Of a stretch of DNA of 63,780 bases, positions 59,930 to 63,780 are shown piece after piece. The notes beneath the pieces are model-generated. The model ran no database searches. It had not been told where the DNA came from and saw only the letters and a list, made by a program, of their open reading frames with translations. Made by a program: the position numbers and the translations under genes. The stretch lies in NCBI GenBank assembly GCA_015711855.1, contig JACVJF010000003.1, positions 1 through 63,780 on the forward strand, in the 5' to 3' direction. Numbering within the stretch: position 1 is the first letter of the stretch; each line of letters begins with the position of its first letter. Source of the DNA: Candidatus Solincola quzhuomuensis. GTDB lineage: Bacteria > Actinomycetota > Geothermincolia > Geothermincolales > RBG-13-55-18.

Positions 59930-61297
59930 TCAGGAAGACCCGTTCTCGAGGTCGCGCTTCAACACGAACCTGGTCACGGCTTCCCGCACATCTCTCACCT
60001 TTATCAATTCCATCTCGGGAAGGCGGTTGCGGAGCCGCGCTCCGTCGGAGATAACCGCGGTTTTGAAGCCCAAGCGGCTCGCCTCCTGCAAGCGGTCCTC
60101 CAACCTGGAGACGGGACGCACTTCCCCGGTCAGGCTCACCTCGCCGAGGAAAACGGAACCTCGGGGAAGTGGCCGATCCTGCCTGGAGGAGGCCACCGCG
60201 GCGCACAGCCCCAAGTCCAGTGCGGGCTCGCTTGCTTTCAGCCCACCCGAGATGCCCACGTAGACATCCCGATCGGAGAGCCTTATTTGTCCCTTGCGTT
60301 CCAAGACCGCCACGTCGACGGCCAGGCGCCGGTGATCTATGCCCGCCGAGACCCGTTTGGGCATGGGCAAATTGCTGGGGACCACCAGGGCCTGTATCTC
60401 CACCACCAGAGGCCTCCTACCTTCCATGAGAACGGAGACGGCTGTCCCGGAGACCTGTTCATCGCGTCTTCCCAGAAAGTGCAGGGAGGGGTCCTCCACC
60501 TCCCGAAGTCCGACGTCGGTCATCTCGAAGATGCCTACCTCGCTGACGGATCCGAAGCGGTTCTTTACCGCCCGCAGGACGCGGAGGGAATCGAACCTCT
60601 CGCCCTCGAAGTAGAGAACGCAGTCCACCATGTGCTCCACCAGCCTGGGCCCCGCCAGTACGCCCTCCTTGGTAACGTGCCCCACCAGGAAAACAGCCGC
60701 CCCCGTTTCCCTGGCCAGGGCCTGCAGGCGCAGGACGCATTCCCGCAATTGGGTTATACCTCCAGGGGACGATTCCAGCTCCGTACACCTCATGGTCTGC
60801 ACGGAATCCACCACCACTACCTGGGGGTTGGCTTTCCTTGCGGCGTTTATGACCGCCTCCAGGTCGGTCTCGCATAGTAGGTAGATGTCGGGGTGAAAGG
60901 TCCCCGTCCTCCGCGCCCGCGCGGCTATCTGGGCCGCCGATTCCTCGCCGCTCACCAGAAGGACTCTGGACTTACTCGAGGCCAGGGAGAAAGCAGCCTG
61001 CAGGAGTAGGGTGGATTTACCGATGCCCGGTTCCCCTCCCAGAAGGATAAGCGAGCCGGGGACGGCGCCTCCGCCCAGGACGCGGTCGAGTTCCGGTATG
61101 CCCACTAAAAGACGGGGAGCATCCGTACCCAAATCCATCATTCGCAACGGTTCCGCGGAGGTCTCGCATCCTTCCGCCCGGGAGCTTTCCTTCCTCTCCT
61201 CCCGCATGGTCCCGAAATTCCCGCAAGACGGGCAGCGTCCCAGCCACTGAGCGGAACCCCCTCCGCATTCCGTGCACACGTAAAGCGCTCTTTCCAT
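59930..61297 (-). CDS. radA: DNA repair protein RadA/Sms
   Basis: CxxC-x8-CxxC zinc finger, GGEPGIGKST, VVDSVQ, KNRFG, Lon-like C-terminus. Confidence 0.97.
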   Translation of the reverse strand: MERALYVCTECGGGSAQWLGRCPSCGNFGTMREERKESSRAEGCETSAEPLRMMDLGTDAPRLLVGIPELDRVLGGGAVPGSLILLGGEPGIGKSTLLLQAAFSLASSKSRVLLVSGEESAAQIAARARRTGTFHPDIYLLCETDLEAVINAARKANPQVVVVDSVQTMRCTELESSPGGITQLRECVLRLQALARETGAAVFLVGHVTKEGVLAGPRLVEHMVDCVLYFEGERFDSLRVLRAVKNRFGSVSEVGIFEMTDVGLREVEDPSLHFLGRRDEQVSGTAVSVLMEGRRPLVVEIQALVVPSNLPMPKRVSAGIDHRRLAVDVAVLERKGQIRLSDRDVYVGISGGLKASEPALDLGLCAAVASSRQDRPLPRGSVFLGEVSLTGEVRPVSRLEDRLQEASRLGFKTAVISDGARLRNRLPEMELIKVRDVREAVTRFVLKRDLENGSS

Positions 61298-61390
61298 AAC
61301 GACCCGCCTCCCAACCCAGGGAGATTATAGACCCCAGCGACGTCAAAAAAGCCCCGGCTCGCCTCCCCGTAGCCGCAACCGTGTCCTGCC

Positions 61391-61502
61391 TCTCGGCGGG
61401 CATGTTCGTTATCATTATGTCCAGCCGGCGGCTCCACGCAGCTCCGGGCGCGGTGAACTTCCTCGTCTCGGCAGGAGCGTCGTTATCATTAGGTCCAGCC
61501 GG
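61391..61502. repeat. Two 37-38-nt imperfect direct repeats separated by 37 nt
   Basis: 61391-61428 and 61466-61502; core TCGTTATCATTA(T/G)GTCCAGCCGG 22/23 identical. Confidence 0.7.
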
Positions 61503-61533
61503 AGCGGGGCGCTGCATGTGTTAAGGAACGGGG

Positions 61534-61905
61534 GTGCGCATGAGAAAAGGCGGGGCCTCGTTACGACTTGCGGTCGTCGTGCTGCTTCTATCCCTCTTCG
61601 TGGTCCTGGACCTGCGGGTAGCCCTGTATCACCTGTCCACGGAGGGCAAGAGGTCGGGTCTGACCGAGGTGGTCGTGGCCCTGGTGGTACTTATACTGGT
61701 CTATGTGGGGATGACCTCGCGCCCTTCTGGCGGGTCAGGGACGCGCCGGATAATGCACGGTGCCTCGGTCGGCCTGCTTTCGTGCCTCGCCCTTCTCTTC
61801 CTGTTCCTCAGCGTCTATCACTTCACCCACCAGGGGATACGTTCCGGCTCCGTCGAGCTCTCCCTGGCGTTGCTCCTCCTTCTTGAAGCACGCCTCATCC
61901 TCTGA
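61534..61905 (+). CDS. Small 4-TM hypothetical membrane protein with internal duplication
   Basis: Four hydrophobic segments; YHxSxxGxRSGxxE occurs twice (ATG 61540 is an alternative start). Confidence 0.65.
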   Translation: MRMRKGGASLRLAVVVLLLSLFVVLDLRVALYHLSTEGKRSGLTEVVVALVVLILVYVGMTSRPSGGSGTRRIMHGASVGLLSCLALLFLFLSVYHFTHQGIRSGSVELSLALLLLLEARLIL

Positions 61906-62010
61906 AACCAGCGCCTCGCCTTTGCCGTCAACGCAAAGAGCGGGTAGGCCCCGGAATGAAAGGGAGCTGCAGCTTCCCTGCTGCAGCTCCCCTCATCCAC
62001 GCGAAGGCGA

Positions 62011-63780
62011 TCAAGTGAGCTGGACCAAGTCCGCCCCGCTCTCGGGGGCCTGCACCTTCTCGAAGGTGATGTGGCCCTCTCCGTCGGTGGCCACCAGTAT
62101 GGTGGACCCGGGCACGAACTCCTTGGCCAGGATCTTCTCCGAGAGGGGGTCCTCGATAAGCTTCTGGATGGCCCGTCGAAGGGGTCTAGCCCCGTACACG
62201 GGATCGTAACCCTCCTTGACCAGGACTTCCTTGGCGTCCTCGGAGAGGATGAGCTCCATGTCCTGGTCGGCCAGTTGGTCCTTCACCCGTTTCATGAGCA
62301 GGTCGACTATCTGTTTGATCTGCTCGTGGGTCAGCTCGTGGAAGACGATGACGTCGTCGATGCGGTTGAGCAGCTCGGGACGGAAGGTCCTCTTCAACTC
62401 GGAGAGAACCCGCTCCTTCATCTTCTCGTAATCCAGCCCTCCCTCTTTCTTGGCCGTGAACCCCAGGGAGGTTCCCTTGCTTATGTCCCTGGCCCCCAGG
62501 TTGGAGGTCATGATGACTATGGTGTTGCGGAAATCCACCTTATGCCCCTGGGAATCGGTCAGCCGCCCGTCCTCCAGGATCTGCAGGAGCATGTTGAAGG
62601 CGTCCGGGTGAGCCTTTTCGATCTCGTCCAGGAGCACCACGCTGAAGGGCTTGCGTCTCACGGCCTCGGTGAGCTGTCCTCCCTCCTCGTAGCCCACGTA
62701 GCCCGGTGGAGAACCCACAAGGCGGGAGACGGCGTGCTTCTCCATGTACTCGGACATGTCGATCTGGATGAGGGCGGATTCGTCCCCGAAGAGAAATTCG
62801 GCCAGGGTCCGTGCCAGCTCCGTCTTTCCCACACCCGAGGGACCCAGGAAGATGAAGGATCCGCTGGGCCTCTTGGGATCCTTCAACCCCGAGCGCGCCC
62901 TGCGGATGGAGCGGGAAACCGCCCGCACCGCTTCGTCCTGACCCACGATGCGTTTGTGGAGCTCTTCCTCCATGCGTAGGAGCTTGCTGCTCTCCTCCTC
63001 GGTCAGCTGGCTCACCGGTATTCCCGTCCAGGAGGAGAGGATGTCGGCGATGTCCTCCTCCGTCACCTGGAGCTGGTGCGAGCCGAGGGGCATCTTCCAC
63101 TCCTCGAGCTCCTCCATCTCGCTGAGGATCTCCTTCTCGCGATCACGGAGCGCGGCCGCCTTCTCGAACTCCTGGGCAGCTATGGCCGCTTGCTTCTCCT
63201 GGCGCACCTTCTGGAGCTTTTCCTCCAGCTCCCGGAAGTCGGGAGGGGCGGTCATGGCCCGGATACGAAGCCGAGAGGCCGCCTCGTCGATAAGGTCTAT
63301 GGCCTTGTCCGGCAGGAAACGGTCGGTGATGTACCGGCTGGCCAGCTTGGCCGCCGCCACCAGGGCTCCGTCGGTTATGGCCACCCGGTGATGTGCCTCG
63401 TAACGATCGCGCAGCCCTTTGAGTATCTCGATGGTCTGCTCCACGGTGGGCTCCTCCACCAGGATGGGCTGGAACCTCCTCTCCAGGGCGGCGTCCTTCT
63501 CCAGATGCTTTCGGTATTCGTCCAGGGTGGTGGCCCCGATGGTCTGGAGCTCCCCCCTGGCCAAAGCCGGCTTGAGGATGGACGCCGCATCGATGGCCCC
63601 CTCGGCGGCTCCGGCACCCACCAGGTTGTGCAACTCGTCGATGAAGAGGATGATATCCCCGCGGCTGCGGATCTCCTTTACCACCTTCTTCAGCCGTTCC
63701 TCGAAGTCGCCGCGGTAGCGGGAGCCGGCAACCAGGGCCCCCAGGTCCAGGGTGTAGAGCTGCTTCCCGGCCAATATCTG
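62011..63780 (-). CDS. clpC: ClpC AAA+ chaperone (N-terminus outside the window)
   Basis: [20 protein letters not shown]-like linker, [27 protein letters not shown]. Confidence 0.95.
   Translation of the reverse strand, partial: QILAGKQLYTLDLGALVAGSRYRGDFEERLKKVVKEIRSRGDIILFIDELHNLVGAGAAEGAIDAASILKPALARGELQTIGATTLDEYRKHLEKDAALERRFQPILVEEPTVEQTIEILKGLRDRYEAHHRVAITDGALVAAAKLASRYITDRFLPDKAIDLIDEAASRLRIRAMTAPPDFRELEEKLQKVRQEKQAAIAAQEFEKAAALRDREKEILSEMEELEEWKMPLGSHQLQVTEEDIADILSSWTGIPVSQLTEEESSKLLRMEEELHKRIVGQDEAVRAVSRSIRRARSGLKDPKRPSGSFIFLGPSGVGKTELARTLAEFLFGDESALIQIDMSEYMEKHAVSRLVGSPPGYVGYEEGGQLTEAVRRKPFSVVLLDEIEKAHPDAFNMLLQILEDGRLTDSQGHKVDFRNTIVIMTSNLGARDISKGTSLGFTAKKEGGLDYEKMKERVLSELKRTFRPELLNRIDDVIVFHELTHEQIKQIVDLLMKRVKDQLADQDMELILSEDAKEVLVKEGYDPVYGARPLRRAIQKLIEDPLSEKILAKEFVPGSTILVATDGEGHITFEKVQAPESGADLVQLT

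Noticed and set aside
61391-61502. Formal CRISPR array call
   Set aside because: Only two imperfect repeats, no leader and no cas genes in the window; kept as a repeat finding

Overview
GC-rich bacterial chromosomal window, mostly housekeeping and lipid-catabolic genes, with no CRISPR array, prophage or intact transposase. The gene mix suggests a deep-branching, probably anaerobic Actinomycetota-like organism (inference only). From left to right: (1) an IS3/IS481-type remnant between two AT-rich divergent promoter regions; (2) yedE-tusA-DUF3343; (3) a DUF35 protein plus a Cys-less thiolase-like protein; (4) CoA-disulfide reductase-like enzyme, GAF kinase with single-domain response regulator, glpD, methyltransferase, thiM, DUF169, mnmA, MarR-MMPL, a DMT-like transporter and tRNA-Thr(UGU); (5) gltX-cysE-cysS-rlmB-yacP; (6) phoB-phoR-pstSCAB-phoU with 11-bp-periodic Pho-box-like arrays; (7) ppa, thiolase, flippase and acs; (8) a TetR-controlled acyl-CoA catabolic cluster with a FadR-like operator; (9) clpC-radA-disA-ORF-carD-yacL-ispD-ispF. 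The most interesting unexplained signals are two dispersed paralogues built from tandem CxxC + V4R-like modules, a 39-nt hairpin repeat present twice 39 kb apart, a probable heteromeric acyl-CoA dehydrogenase linked to a nitroreductase/ferredoxin pair, several duplicated or structured intergenic elements, and two unannotated small proteins. All calls come from motif reading; no database searches were run.
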